Origin: Octopus sinensis
Lineage: Eukaryota
NCBI RefSeq assembly: GCF_006345805.1
Contig: NW_021832983.1
Location: 1 to 64,000 of the forward strand
DNA: 64,000 bases
Direction: 5' to 3'
How positions within the stretch are numbered: the first letter of the stretch is position 1; each line of letters begins with the position of its first letter. The notes beneath the pieces were generated by a model that had not been told where the DNA came from, did no database searches, and saw only the letters and a list, made by a program, of their open reading frames with translations. The position numbers and the translations under genes were made by a program. Positions 12,381 to 24,089 of this stretch are shown here, piece after piece.

Positions 12381-14990
12381 GTGTGTGTATGTGTGAGTGT
12401 GTGCGTGTGCGTGTGTGTATGTGTGTGTGTGAGGCGAGATAAAAAAACAAAAAATATATATGTGTTAGTGTGTGCGTCTGTGTGTAGGCGTGTGAGGTAG
12501 GGCGAGACGTGGTCAGCATAGCAGACAAGGTCAGTAGTAAGAAAAAGAAGAAGGAGAAAGGGAGGGAGGGGAAGGGGTGGGGGCGTATGTAGCGTGCCAG
12601 CGTGTGTTGAGTAGTAGTGTGTGTGTGTGTCCAGTGTCGTGGTGGTATTAATGGCGAGTAGATTGAATGTGTGTAAGAGTAATGTATATATTTAAGCAAT
12701 GTGTGTATATGTGTGCGCGTGTGTGTAACAAAAAAGGGGGGTTAAGGAAAAAGGACTCCAGCTGAGGGGAAGATGGAAGAGTGGTCCCGCGGAGACGGGC
12801 GTGGGAAAACCCAACGACAAGCGACGGTCCCAGGAACGGGCGGGAGGTCTCGTCGGGTCAAAGCGCGAGGTGCATGCGGCGCGTATGCGTGCGCGAACCG
12901 GCGCAAGCGCGTGTGTGCGCGCGCCTGCGAGTATGCGCGTAAGTATGTATGTGTGTGGATGTGTGAGTGTGTCTGTGTGTATGTCTGGGTGGCAGTGTGT
13001 CCGATGATATGTGAGTATGTGTGTTATATGTGTGTGCATAGATGTATGTCCGTGTGTGTGTGTGTGGTGTATGTGATGAGTGTGTATGTATGTACGTGTG
13101 GGTGTGGGGAAGTGTGTGTATGTGCATGTGTGTGCGCATACATACAGGTGTGTGAGTGAGTGTGTGTGTGTATGTATGTGTGAGTGTGTATGTATGTGTG
13201 AGTGTGTATGTATGTGTGTGTAGGATGCATGTATGTGTATGGGTGTATGTATGCGTGTGTGTATGTATGTGTGTGTATGCGTGTACGTGTGCACGTGTGC
13301 ATGCATGCATGTGCGTATGTGTGTGTGTGTGCATGTGTGTGGGTATATATGTATGTGCGTATATGTGTGTGTATGTGCGTACATGTGTGTGTGTGTATGC
13401 ACGTGTGTGTATAGGTGTATGTATGTAAGTATGTATGGGTGTGTCCGTGTATGTGTGTGTATGTATGTGTGTGTATGTAGGTGTGTATGTAGGTGTGTGG
13501 GCGTGTGTATATAGGTGTATGTATGTATGTCTGGGTGTGTCCGTGCATGTTTGTGTGTGTGTGTGTATGCATGTGTATGTAGGTGTGTGTACTGTGTAAT
13601 GTATGTGTGTATGCGTGTGTGTGCGTGTGTATGCGTGCGTGTGTATGTAGGTGCGTGTGTATGTGTGTGGGAGTGTAGGTGTGTGTGTGCGTGTGCGTGT
13701 TTATGTTGTGTGTGCGTATGTGAGTGTGAGTGTATGGGTGTTGTCATGCATGTGTGTGCGCGTGCAGGTGAGTGTGTGTGTAAGTATGTGTGTGTGTATG
13801 TTTGTGTGAGTGTGTATGTGTGTATGTCTGTGTGTATGTATGTGCGTATAGGAGTATGTAGGTATGTGTGTATGTGTATTGGTGTATGTATGTATGTGTG
13901 TGTGTGTGCATGTGTATAAGTATATGTGTGTGTGCGTATGTGTGTGTATGTGTATGTGTGTGTGTTTATGTATGTGTGTATGTATGTGTGTAGGCGTGTG
14001 TGTGTAGATGTATGTATGTATGGGTGTGTGTCTGTGTGTGTTTGTGTGTGTGTGTAGGTAGATGTGTGTGTCTGAGTGAGGGTATGGCTGTGTAGGTGTG
14101 TGTGTGTATGAATGTAAGTGTGTGTGTATACAAGTGTAATGTATGTATGTAGGTGTGTGTGTGTGTGTATGTGTACGTGTGCGTGTGTATGTGTGTGTGT
14201 GTATGCGTGTGAGTGTGAGTGTATGGGTGTATGTCTGTGTGTGTGTATGTCTGAAGTAGGTATGTGTGTGTATGTATGTATGTGTGTGTGTGCGGGTATG
14301 TGTGTGTGTGTATGTGTGTGTGTGAGTAGGTGTGCGTGTATGTATGTGGGTAGGGATGCATGCGAGTGTGTGGGTATGTATGCATACATACGCACGCGCA
14401 CATCCGAAGCAAGCCCACACACACGAAGCGCGCTCACGCACACAACGCACAAGCAGTACAAACGCAAGCCCAAGGGCCGACCAAGCCCCCAGCGCGCGCC
14501 AAGGCGCGCGAGCGCAAAGGCCCTCGAAACCCCGCTACGCGGGAACCGAGGATCCATCAGCCAAACCGGAAAGCAGAAAAGGGGGCTGCCTGGATGCAAA
14601 AAAGTGTATGTGTGTGTGCATTCAGTGTAAGGGTGTGCATGTGTGGGTATGTATGTATGTGTGCCATGTATGTGTGTGTGTGTGTGGTATGTACGTGCGT
14701 GTGTGTGTGTGAGTGTGTGTGTATGTATGTGCGTATGTATGTGTGTATGTATGTGTGTATGTATGTCTGTGTGTGTGTGTGTGTGTAAGTATGTATGTGT
14801 GTGTGTATGTATGTATGTGTGTGTGTATGTGCATGTTGGTTTGTATGTTAGTGTGTGCATGTATGTCTTATAAGTGTGTGTGATTAAATGTGTGAATGTA
14901 TGTACGTAGATGGGTCTACGTATGTGTGTGTGTGAACAGGTGTGTGGGAGGTAGGTGGGTGTGTGTGTGGTGTGTGTCCGAAAAAAAAAC
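12380..14990. repeat. Degenerate (GT)/(GTAT) microsatellite-like tract with two GC-rich islands (about 12740-12930 and 14390-14605)
   Basis: Direct reading; source of the 722-aa HT-repeat ORF artefact. Confidence 0.9.
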
Positions 14991-14995
14991 GGATC

Positions 14996-17048
14996 TCAAG
15001 AGGAGGGGGCTGTGTTAAGTCCGTGTGGGGTGGTAGTTTGTAGGGTGAAGATGTAGCGTTGCTCCAAGTGGAGCCTGGAAAGTGGGCGACCATGGTGGGG
15101 GGCGAGACCAAACACTGAGATGTCATCTAGGGAATGGCCGGCCGAGCGGAAGTGGCGTGCGACGGGAGAAAAAGAGTGTAGGCGAACGTCCCTCAAGTGT
15201 TCAGTGAAACGGTCGGACAACCGGCGTCCCGTCTGTCCTACATACAGCATCCCGCATAGGTTGCATTTAATGCAGTAAATAAGGCCAGACGAGGTGCACG
15301 TAAAGAGTGCCTAATGCGTACAGTGTGCAGGTTGGAGCCGGTGACAGCGGTGGTGTTGGTGATGAAGGGGCAAGTGTTGCAGCGGGATCTAGAGCAAGGG
15401 AATGATCCGTGTGGGGCTGAGGGGGAAGGAGAGAGGGTGCTGTGGACCAGGAGGTCACGCAGATTGCGGGCTCGTTTGAAAGAGGACAGGGGTGGGTTAG
15501 GGAAAATGGGGCGGGTGGTGGGATCAAGCTGGAGGCGACGGAAGGCACGTAGTATCTTGCGACGAAGGGGTAGGGTAGAGGGGTGGAAAAGGAGGGGGAA
15601 GGGGGTGCGGTTGGGGGGGGGGGGGGGGGGAAGGAGACAGGGCGGTAGTGCGGTCGATGCGACGGGCGCGGGTGAGGGCATCAGAGAGGAGTATGGGTGG
15701 GTAACCTCGGAGTCTGAACATGCGGGCCAGGTATTGAGATTGGGTCTCGAAATCCTGGTCGCGGCTGCACAAACGTCGGAGGCGGAGGAACTGGGAGTAG
15801 GGGATGGCTCGTTTGGTGTGGAAGGGGTGGGAGGAAGGAAGTTGAGATAGAGGTGGGAATCCGTAGGTTTAAAAAGGCGGTGGTGGTGAGAGAGTTGGAG
15901 GGGTGATCGATGCGGAGAGAGATGTCAAGGAAGTTGACAGAGGTGTTGGAGATGGTGGAGGTGAATTGAAGAGAGGGGTGAAAGTTGGAAAGGAAAGAGA
16001 TGAATTGGCAGAGAAGTTCACGGGAAAGGGAGGTGGCACCTACGCAGTCGTCGATATAGCGACCGTATAGTTCGGGGTCGGCCCAGAGACTGGGAGAACA
16101 CTTGGGCCAATGTAGCCAAGAAAGAGATTGGCGAAATTGGGGCCCATCCTAGTTCCCATCGCGACCCCGGACACCTGTTGGTACGTTTCCCCGGCGAACG
16201 TGAAGCAATTGAGGGTGAGGACGAGCTCAGCCAAACGGAGAAGGGTGGGGGTGCTGGGGTGGGGTCGGGACGACGGTCGAGGAAGTGTTGGAGGGCTAGG
16301 AGACCGTCATTGTGGGGAATCACTGTGTACAGGGATTTTACATCTAAAGTGAAGAGGAGGTGTGAGGGGCTGGAAGGGAAGGAAAAGGAATTGAAGAGAC
16401 GGAGGGCGTGGTTGGTGTCGTGTATGTGGGATGGGAGGGCTGCGACTAAGGGGGACAGGATGCGGTCGAGGTATAGGGAGATGAGTTCAGTGGGGCAATT
16501 ACAGGCAGAGACGGCCAGGATTAGAGGGTTTATGGATCTTGGAAGGAAGTAGATGGTGGAGGTGCGGGGTGTGCGGACGATGATGTTGGTGGCGGTGAGG
16601 GGGGAGAGCGGAGGAGGAGATGAGGTCGTGGATGGTGGAGGACACTCGCTGTTGGTAGGAGGAGGTGGGATCGGAGGGGAGGAGGCGATAGAAGAGGGGA
16701 TTTTGAAGCTGGTTGAGCGCTTCCTCCCTGTATAGGTCCGCGCGCCACACTACCACTGCCCCGCCTTTGTCCGCCGGTTTGATGACAATGTCATCACGAC
16801 GGCGGAGGGGCGAAGGGCAATGGATTCGGCCCGAGTGAGGTTGGCTCGGCGGGGTCTTGGTTCAAAGTTGAAACGGTGGACCAAAGCGTTGCAGTCATGT
16901 ACAAACGAATCTAGGCTACTGAAAAGGCCTGGGGGCGGCGTCCAGATGGATGGACGACGCCCCAGCTCCAAAAGGCAATCCTGATTGTTGTGGCGCTGCG
17001 GGGACGCGTGGTAGTATGCGCAAAGTTTGAGGCGGCGTAGGAACAGGT
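14996..17048 (-). mobile_element. Penelope-like element ORF (RT + GIY-YIG), near complete, 5'-truncated, many single-base frameshifts
   Basis: Stitched frames: IVIKPADKGGAVVVW, FLPKIHKP..PGR, DVKSLYTVIP, YQQVSGVAMGTRMGPNFANLF, RYIDD, FHPSLQFT, FLD, KRAIPYSQFLRLRR, CSRSRCNTC linker, YVGQTGRRLSDRFTEH, VARHF, EQRYIFTLQT..PHGLN, stop at 14996. Confidence 0.95.
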
Positions 17049-17314
17049 TATATATATATATTTGACTTCATAAAAGTTGATACAATGGTCTCCAATATAT
17101 AAGAGTAGGGAATTCTGTCCTTACTTGCAATCTTTATCATGTGCGATGCGTACTGAATAACCAGCTGGACGAGGCGTACTTCTGCGGCTAAATTGGCAGT
17201 ATTATCTGTTCTTATGGAATACCCACATCTACGTGGTGATAAACATTACTTATATATGTGTGTGAGCGTGCGCGCGTGTATGTATGTATGTATATATATA
17301 TATATATATATATA

Positions 17315-17578
17315 TGAGAAGAAAATGGATATAATAACAATGGGAAACTCATGGTTTACGCTGGCATGTCTTTAATTATATAGATAACAAAGAAGTAAGA
17401 AGCAGAGATGAGGGCGGCATTTACGATCGTTTCGATTTACTGAAGTAAATCTCTTCAGAATGCGAGTATAGATTGCTACCGTGCAAACTTTCAAAAGACT
17501 GCACCTACCCAGCTAATAGCCAGGAGTGTGTCTGGATTTAATTATCCCTTAGAGGTATTAAACTCCTCTAACTTGATA

Positions 17579-17580
<2 letters not shown>
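17315..17580 (-). mobile_element. Short non-coding unit between two (TA)n arrays carrying a hammerhead (solo PLE pLTR or retrozyme-like)
   Basis: Flanked by (TA)n at both ends; contains the intact hammerhead below. Confidence 0.6.
17417..17463 (-). ncRNA. Intact minimal type I hammerhead ribozyme
   Basis: GCATT-CTGAAGA-GATTTAC-ttca-GTAAATC-GAAAC-gatc-GTA-AATGC: 5-bp stem I, canonical core, 7-bp stem II with G-C closing pair, palindromic stem III (ACGATCGT), GUA cleavage triplet. Confidence 0.9.
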
Positions 17581-17611
<31 letters not shown>

Positions 17612-17624
17612 CTTATATAACTAG

Positions 17625-18105
17625 AAAGGTTTTGGCCATTATTGGCCAAGGCCATGTCTATCTTAATAGCACACTGGCGAAGTCTTTCAATTCAGGATTT
17701 GGGCACCAAGGCCCATTCGAGCAGAGAGTTATTGTTTGCGGAGACATATCCGGGTGTGGGTGGTTTGTCCGAGACTGTTTGAAGGAATTTGTCCAAAGAC
17801 TTCTGAATTTTGTGTGGTCAGTTTCTTTTTTGACGTGTCCTGGTGTAATGTTGAAGAGAGCGGGTCCAATTGAGGTGAAATAGTTGTGCCGTATTATCGT
17901 TATGTGATGCGATTTAGATTTTTGTTGTGGACGGATGGCACGTGGTCCAAGCTTTGGATGTATTTTGAAGGTGATGCCAACATCATTCGGACAGTGCTGA
18001 TGGAATATTTTCCACATCATACGATAATGTAGCGTTCACGGCGTCGTTGGAGTGAATACAGTTTCAGCTTCTCTAGTCTGCCCCAGTAGTCAGGTCTCTG
18101 ACATG
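17625..18105 (-). mobile_element. CR1/L2-group LINE 3' fragment (RT C-terminus + 3' UTR)
   Basis: LDYWGRLEKLKLYSLQRRRERY..WKI..HNYFTSIGPALFNITP..FLQTIPDKPPTPGYVSANNNSLLEW after frameshift correction. Confidence 0.85.
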
Positions 18106-18189
18106 CCATCTATCTTTTTTGTGATTGACCTTTGGGGAGTTTTGTGATTGACTTATATATATATATATATATATATAGATATATATATA

Positions 18190-18231
<42 letters not shown>

Positions 18232-19399
18232 GTGATTTTTAATTCTTTTCATTTTAGATCATGGTCTATAACTAGAAGTTTTTTTGAAAACAGTACCTGC
18301 ATAGAGTGAGAATAACCCAAACACACATCGGACGTGTCTCCGCCAGTGGATTCTGTTTTATTATAAAATGCAATCCACAGATTGGCACAAAAGAACCTAA
18401 TGATTGTTTCACTCTCTCACGAAGCGACGATTCGTGAAACTGCATTCCAGATGTGGATTGGAAATTAAGCGCTTTTAATATGAATTTACAAAAATGATAA
18501 TACTTCCCCTTTATAGACTAGCATATATGAATACCTTCTATTCGTGTTTACCACGTAATGATTACACACACACACACTCTCTCTCCTTCTCTCTCACTCT
18601 CTCGCTATCTATCTCTCTATCTATAATTTATGTATATGTCTGTGTGTGTATGTGAGTGCGCGTGTTTGTGTGCGAGTATGTATGTGTATATATAATATAG
18701 TATATATGATGATATAATATCATACATAATATAATATAATATGATCTTATATTATGAGAGACAAGTCGTCCGCCGTATCTCTGTCTATGGCAACATTTTT
18801 ATAGAGAGAATGCAGAACGGAAGAAAAAGTTGTTTAGAGAGAAATACAGTGAGAGAGAGGGAGAGAGAGGGAGAGAGAGAGAGAGTGTGTGTGTGTGTGT
18901 ATCTATGCTTGTGTATGTGTGTATGTGAGTGTGAAAAAAATAGATAAATAGGTAGAACTGAAAAGTTTTGTTTTAAATTACCGGAATTTTGAGTACAAGT
19001 CTGTCAACACAACGCGACAGAGACATCAAAAGAGGACTATAAATGTATATATAGTAAATATAGTTAACTTTGGGGTGTTGTTTTTGTGTGTGTGTATGTA
19101 TGTATGTATGTAATCTAGTACAACTTGTAATATGGGCGGGTTGTCGGCGACTAAGCGGGAAATATTACTAACCTCAGAGGCAGAGGTATCCAGATACGTC
19201 AACGGCCTTCTAATATAGTTAAGAATAAATGATACTCACCAGTTGTGGTGGTGAAAAACCCATCAAGAAGAAAGAAATCTCAGAAATAAAAACCTTTCAG
19301 CGAGGACTTGCAACCAGCTGATAATATTTTGCGCAGAAAAAAATTATTACATGAAAATGTAAGAGATTCGTTTACGAACGACTGATAAGAATAAAAAAA

Positions 19400-19544
19400 T
19401 ATACTGTAAGTATGTGTGTGCATACATGTGCGTGTGTGTATGTGTGTGTGTGTGTCTGTGTAAACACATATACATACATATACATTTGCAGGTATATGAA
19501 TATAAGTTACACACACATGCACACACACACACACACACACACAC

Positions 19545-19588
<44 letters not shown>

Positions 19589-19703
19589 GGTCATTCTGAA
19601 ACAAAAAGCAACAGCTTTGTTTACGGACGATTGATGATAAAATTTTGAAATATAGTGGTGTGTGTGTGTGTAAACACATATACATACACACACACACATA
19701 TAT

Positions 19704-19757
<54 letters not shown>

Positions 19758-19780
19758 ATATATACATATATTATTAAACA
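19400..19780. repeat. (GT)/(CA)/(TA) microsatellite block
   Basis: Direct reading. Confidence 0.9.
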
Positions 19781-20016
19781 TGAAGTTGTTGACAGTGACT
19801 TCGAGACTTCGTACAGATCAGATTAATCCGATTAATGTGAAATAGTTTTTATTATAACTGAACATAAAACAGACATTAATATAGATGTATATTATGCTTA
19901 CCCCCAGCAATAGAGAGCAGTCGCCATATTTCATTCCATAACGGTACCTCTGAAGAGCGCAGGGTTACATAATCGATCTCTTACCTAACACTCCTTTAAA
20001 CCTCAAGTGCAAAACC

Positions 20017-20079
20017 GATTGGCCGTGATGGGTATAAGATCGGCCGTGATGAGTATAGGATCGGCCGTGATGGGTAAAT
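20017..20079. repeat. 21-bp tandem repeat x3 (gat(c/t)ggccgtgatg(g/a)gtata)
   Basis: Starts at 20017, 20038, 20059. Confidence 0.85.
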
Positions 20080-20580
20080 AATACTCTATATATCTATACA
20101 TATATATCGACATACTGATATGGACCTTATTAATCTTCATACTCGAATATGTACCAGCAATCTACAGACGATATGATATGCTATTTTCGCATGACATAAT
20201 CGACATCAGTTCTGCCTTACGTAATTCATCGACAATGTCTGTCCCGTCAAAGGATCGAACTCACTATAGTTTATGTTACGAACAGGATGCTTTCAGCTTC
20301 TTCGTTACGACGTGGGAAACTACAGACTGTGTAAAGAACTCAATACAATGATTGCAGAGTATATTGATATTTATTTAAGGAATACCGACAGAATCGCAAT
20401 TATGTTCGGTATTTCAAGTAGTACTGCTCAAATCATTGTTTGAAACACACCTAGATTTCCTTATTTGTTTACAAGCGAACTTAAGACTGTTTGTCTAATT
20501 TTGTGACAAGTCCAAGCATGGGAAATAATTGGAATTCTGTCAGTATTCCTTAATTAAATATATGTATATAATACAATATG

Positions 20581-20675
<95 letters not shown>

Positions 20676-20884
20676 TATATACATACATAACATGTGAACA
20701 TATATTTGTCTGTGTTTGTATTTATGTGTATATGTGTGCATATATTAAACGAGCATGCACGTACACGCACAAATGCTCATACATTCATGCGTACACATTT
20801 GCATGTATATATATTTACTTGCGCATATTACATACACATGCCTGCATACATACATACATACATACATACATACATACATACATA

Positions 20885-21145
20885 CATACATACATTAAAT
20901 ACCACGACAACGGTTCTTCCTGTGCTAACTGGTGCACTTGGCATAATATCTAAAATGCTACACAAAAGACTAAACGTGATTGGAGATGTGAATCGTACTG
21001 AAGATCTTGCAGAAAAATAACAATCCTATATTCTGCAAGAATCTCAAAGGAGGAGATTCTTGTGATTTTGAGGAGACTTGTTGTCACCAAACATCAAGAT
21101 AAAATGCGTGCTATCTAAATTAGCATGCACAAGCGCAATGACATA
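20885..21145 (+). mobile_element. 3' end of an RLE-type non-LTR element (Dong/R4-like) followed by (TAA)n
   Basis: TTVLPVLTGALGIISK..L..IG..(frameshift)LQKITILYSARI matches the R4/Dong/NeSL endonuclease C-terminus (PvvIGalG..lQK.all.tarI); short UTR then (TAA)n. Confidence 0.65.
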
Positions 21146-21166
21146 ATAATAATAATAATAATAATA

Positions 21167-21203
<37 letters not shown>

Positions 21204-21240
21204 TATAATAATAATGATGATGATGATAATAATAATAATA

Positions 21241-21300
<60 letters not shown>

Positions 21301-21502
21301 TGATGATGATGATGATGAGGATGATGACGCCACGACGACGACAATGATGCTGCTGCTGCTGCTGGTGATGATGATGATGATTTCAGTTATTTGTCATAAG
21401 GGCGAGGGATGAGGGGGACAATACAAAGACAGCCATAATATGGGGTTTTACATATAATGAAATGATAAAAATGTAAGTAAAAGAAGGGTTATAGACATAG
21501 TA

Positions 21503-21699
21503 TTAATTTTTTTTAATGCATGTGGGGTGTAGAAGTTTAACCCTGATACAGGAGGACCTCGAGGGATAATCGAAGAACCCCACTGTCCGAGATTTCCCAG
21601 AACACCAAGAACATGTCCCCTCTCCAATTCCTTGTTTCCGATTTGCAGGTCCCCACCAAGAGGGGTAACATCTGCTCTTGCCGTTTTCGCAGTTTTCAC
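21503..21699 (-). CDS. Candidate terminal exon of small Cys/Trp-rich peptide gene
   Basis: Strong acceptor ttcttaacatccttcag|G; GC-elevated unique sequence; phase-1 frame (G)ENCENGKSRCYPSWWGPANRKQGIGEGTCSWCSGKSRTVGFFDYPSRSSCIRVKLLHPTCIKKN*. The phase-0 frame is also open. Confidence 0.45.
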
Positions 21700-22284
21700 C
21701 TGAAGGATGTTAAGAAATGAATACATTTGTGGCATGATTTGAACCCAAATCCTGGGCTTCGAAAAAACTTGCTCTAGTATCTCTCAGTGTATATTAAAAA
21801 TGATTTATTAGACATATTTCAATTAGTAGGCAACAGTGTTGTTGGTAACAAAGTTATTTCGAGCCAGTCCTTGGTTTACTGTATTTTTTGGTGCTGAAAG
21901 AAACAAAGGAGTGTCTGTAACTCGATGCAGAACAAATACCTCAAGGGACTTAGTTCGTAAAGTACCGATTACAATTTTTTTTTTCTTTCTTTTCTTTTTT
22001 ATTTTTAACGTTCTCTCGTCGAATGTTTGTCATCTACACTTCGTAAAGTGTTTCTCACCTTGAAGCTATGCTTCGGAAGACACTTACCAAAGAATGTCCC
22101 GCTGTGAAATCGAAACTGGAACAGCGAGTTCGTTAACCTCACAAGCACAAACTATTTTATAACGTTTTTTTTAATTGACTTCCTTTTGTTTGCATTATTT
22201 TTTTTTTTTTTTACTTTTTTTCAATCTAAAAATACGAAATAACAAAGAATTATGTTTAGTGAGGCATTTTGGCAAAAGAATCAC

Positions 22285-22329
22285 CAAATCTCCAGACACT
22301 GCAAGCACCAATGTATTGAAATGATAATA
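22285..22329 (-). CDS. Candidate 45-nt symmetric exon (xLSFQYIGACSVWRF-G)
   Basis: tttattttgtttatacgttgtag| acceptor, G|gtgatt donor; joins in frame to the 21699 exon. Confidence 0.35.
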
Positions 22330-22519
22330 CTACAACGTATAAACAAAATAAATGAAATCTTTGGGCTTGATTTAACTTATTTTTTGTTTATCTTCTGTTT
22401 TACTTATTATTTTCCGCTTTGTTTTGTCTTGGGAAATCCTCTCCTTTTATATATTTTCATATCAGCTCATGAATTTTTCGCTTTCTTTAATCTCTCTGAT
22501 TGACACCGCGGTCTCTTCA

Positions 22520-23095
22520 CACACCACGCGTCTTCTTTCCTCGTACATATACACATACGCGCGCACACTCAGAGACACACACACATACCCACAAACCACA
22601 CACATACTACACACAAACACACACACACACACACACACACACAAATACAAATGCACACAGACACTCCTCCCACACAAACACACACTTCCCGCACACACAC
22701 ACAAACAAAAACACATACACAATCACACACAAATACATACACACATAATCTCATACACACAAAGACGTCACACCACGTAGATATTCACGCACATACAAAT
22801 ATATATATATATATACGCACACACTCCATACTCACATACACGCACCATACACATGTACACATACATACACATATAGAGAGGCATACATATACTCACGTAC
22901 AAACATACACACACTCATATACATTCACACACGTTCCCACATACACACACTTTCACTCATCATGAGAAACACACTCACCCACACATACACACACGCATAG
23001 ACGCACATATGCACTGACACACACATACATACATACATACATGCACACATACATACACATACACACATACATTCGTATATGTACGCATACATACA

Positions 23096-23127
<32 letters not shown>

Positions 23128-23345
23128 CATACATACATACATACATACACACATACATACATGCACACATACAGACATACACACATACACATATATATAA
23201 GTACATACAGGCATACACACATACATACATATAGATACACATTCCAACTTACACATATACACATACAATCACACATACACACTCATGCATGCATTTACAT
23301 ACGCACTAATACATACACACGCACTCACACACACACACAAACACA
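22520..23345. repeat. (CA)/(CATA) degenerate microsatellite block
   Basis: Direct reading. Confidence 0.95.
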
Positions 23346-23606
23346 CAATGACAGTAATGTTTTGGCTCCACCACCTCTGACTTCCGCTGATTATAACCTC
23401 GAACCAACGAGGGAGTCCTGATATAGTCTTTCAACTGGCTACAAAGAGAAATCATTATCTCCCTCAAATAACCATCTCCGTCCTCTTAGAAAATCTCACA
23501 TCAGTTAATAGGGTTGTGGGTTCCCAGCATATCGGTAAAAGTCGTGTTGGTCATAGAGCTGGAAAGCCTATGATCGAAATTTACCTATTTAGAGTAGGCC
23601 TGATAC

Positions 23607-23634
23607 TAAGCAACAAGAACAACATCTGTAACAT
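23607..23634 (-). CDS. Candidate first coding exon (MLQMLFLLL, phase 1) of the same peptide
   Basis: Completes a signal-peptide-like MLQMLFLLLILSFQYIGA; donor gtatca is weak. Confidence 0.2.
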
Positions 23635-23769
23635 CTGTACATTCTATTAAAAAAGCAATGACTCCCACAAAACTGAAACTTCCCACGATCCAATCTCGAA
23701 AAGACTCTAAGAAAGGCCAGCGCGTCTGGGGGTGGTATGTGTTTTGTCGTTCCCGAGAAGACGAACAGC

Positions 23770-24052
23770 AAAGTCGCCAGCGGCAGAATTTGAACTCAGA
23801 ACGTAAAGACAACGAGCGAAATGCCATTAAACATTTTGCCCAGTGTGCTAACAATTCTTTTCTACTCTTAGCACAAGGCACGAAATTTTGAGGGGAGTGG
23901 CTCAGTCAATTAGATCGACCCCAGTACGCAACTGGTACTTTAATTATCAACCCCGAAAAGATGAAAGGCAAAGTCGACGTCGGTGGAATTTGAACTCAGA
24001 ACCTAAAGACAGACGAAAAATTTCGCCCGGCGTGCCAGCGTTTCTGCCAGCT
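23770..24052 (-). mobile_element. Two adjacent SINE family A pieces (minus)
   Basis: aatttgaactcagaac B-box region twice; gcacaaggcacgaaattttg tail. Confidence 0.8.
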
Positions 24053-24089
24053 CGACATCTTTGTAGTAGGAGCAATGTTACTGGATGAA

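Noticed and set aside
14521-14560. Hammerhead in the GC island (CTGATGGA and GAAAC)
   Set aside because: The two core words are on opposite strands.
12692-14860. 722-aa His/Thr-rich ORF and overlapping Cys/Val ORFs
   Set aside because: Translation of degenerate (CA)/(GT) repeats, which lack stop codons.
17125-17200. Minus-strand donor A|gtaagg with short open frames
   Set aside because: Acceptor and frame are ambiguous, with no recognisable peptide.
19170-19320. Strong minus-strand donors (CTG|gtgagt at about 19240; GAG|gttagt at about 19170)
   Set aside because: The implied exon has stops in all frames or requires a 30-nt intron; no coherent model.
20280-20460. Mariner HTH-like peptide RIAIMFGISSSTAQII
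   Set aside because: Single short motif with no TIR or DDD support.
21808-21880. Strong minus-strand acceptor (ctttgtttctttcag|CACC) inside the candidate peptide intron
   Set aside because: Would give a short low-information terminal exon; no supporting signal.
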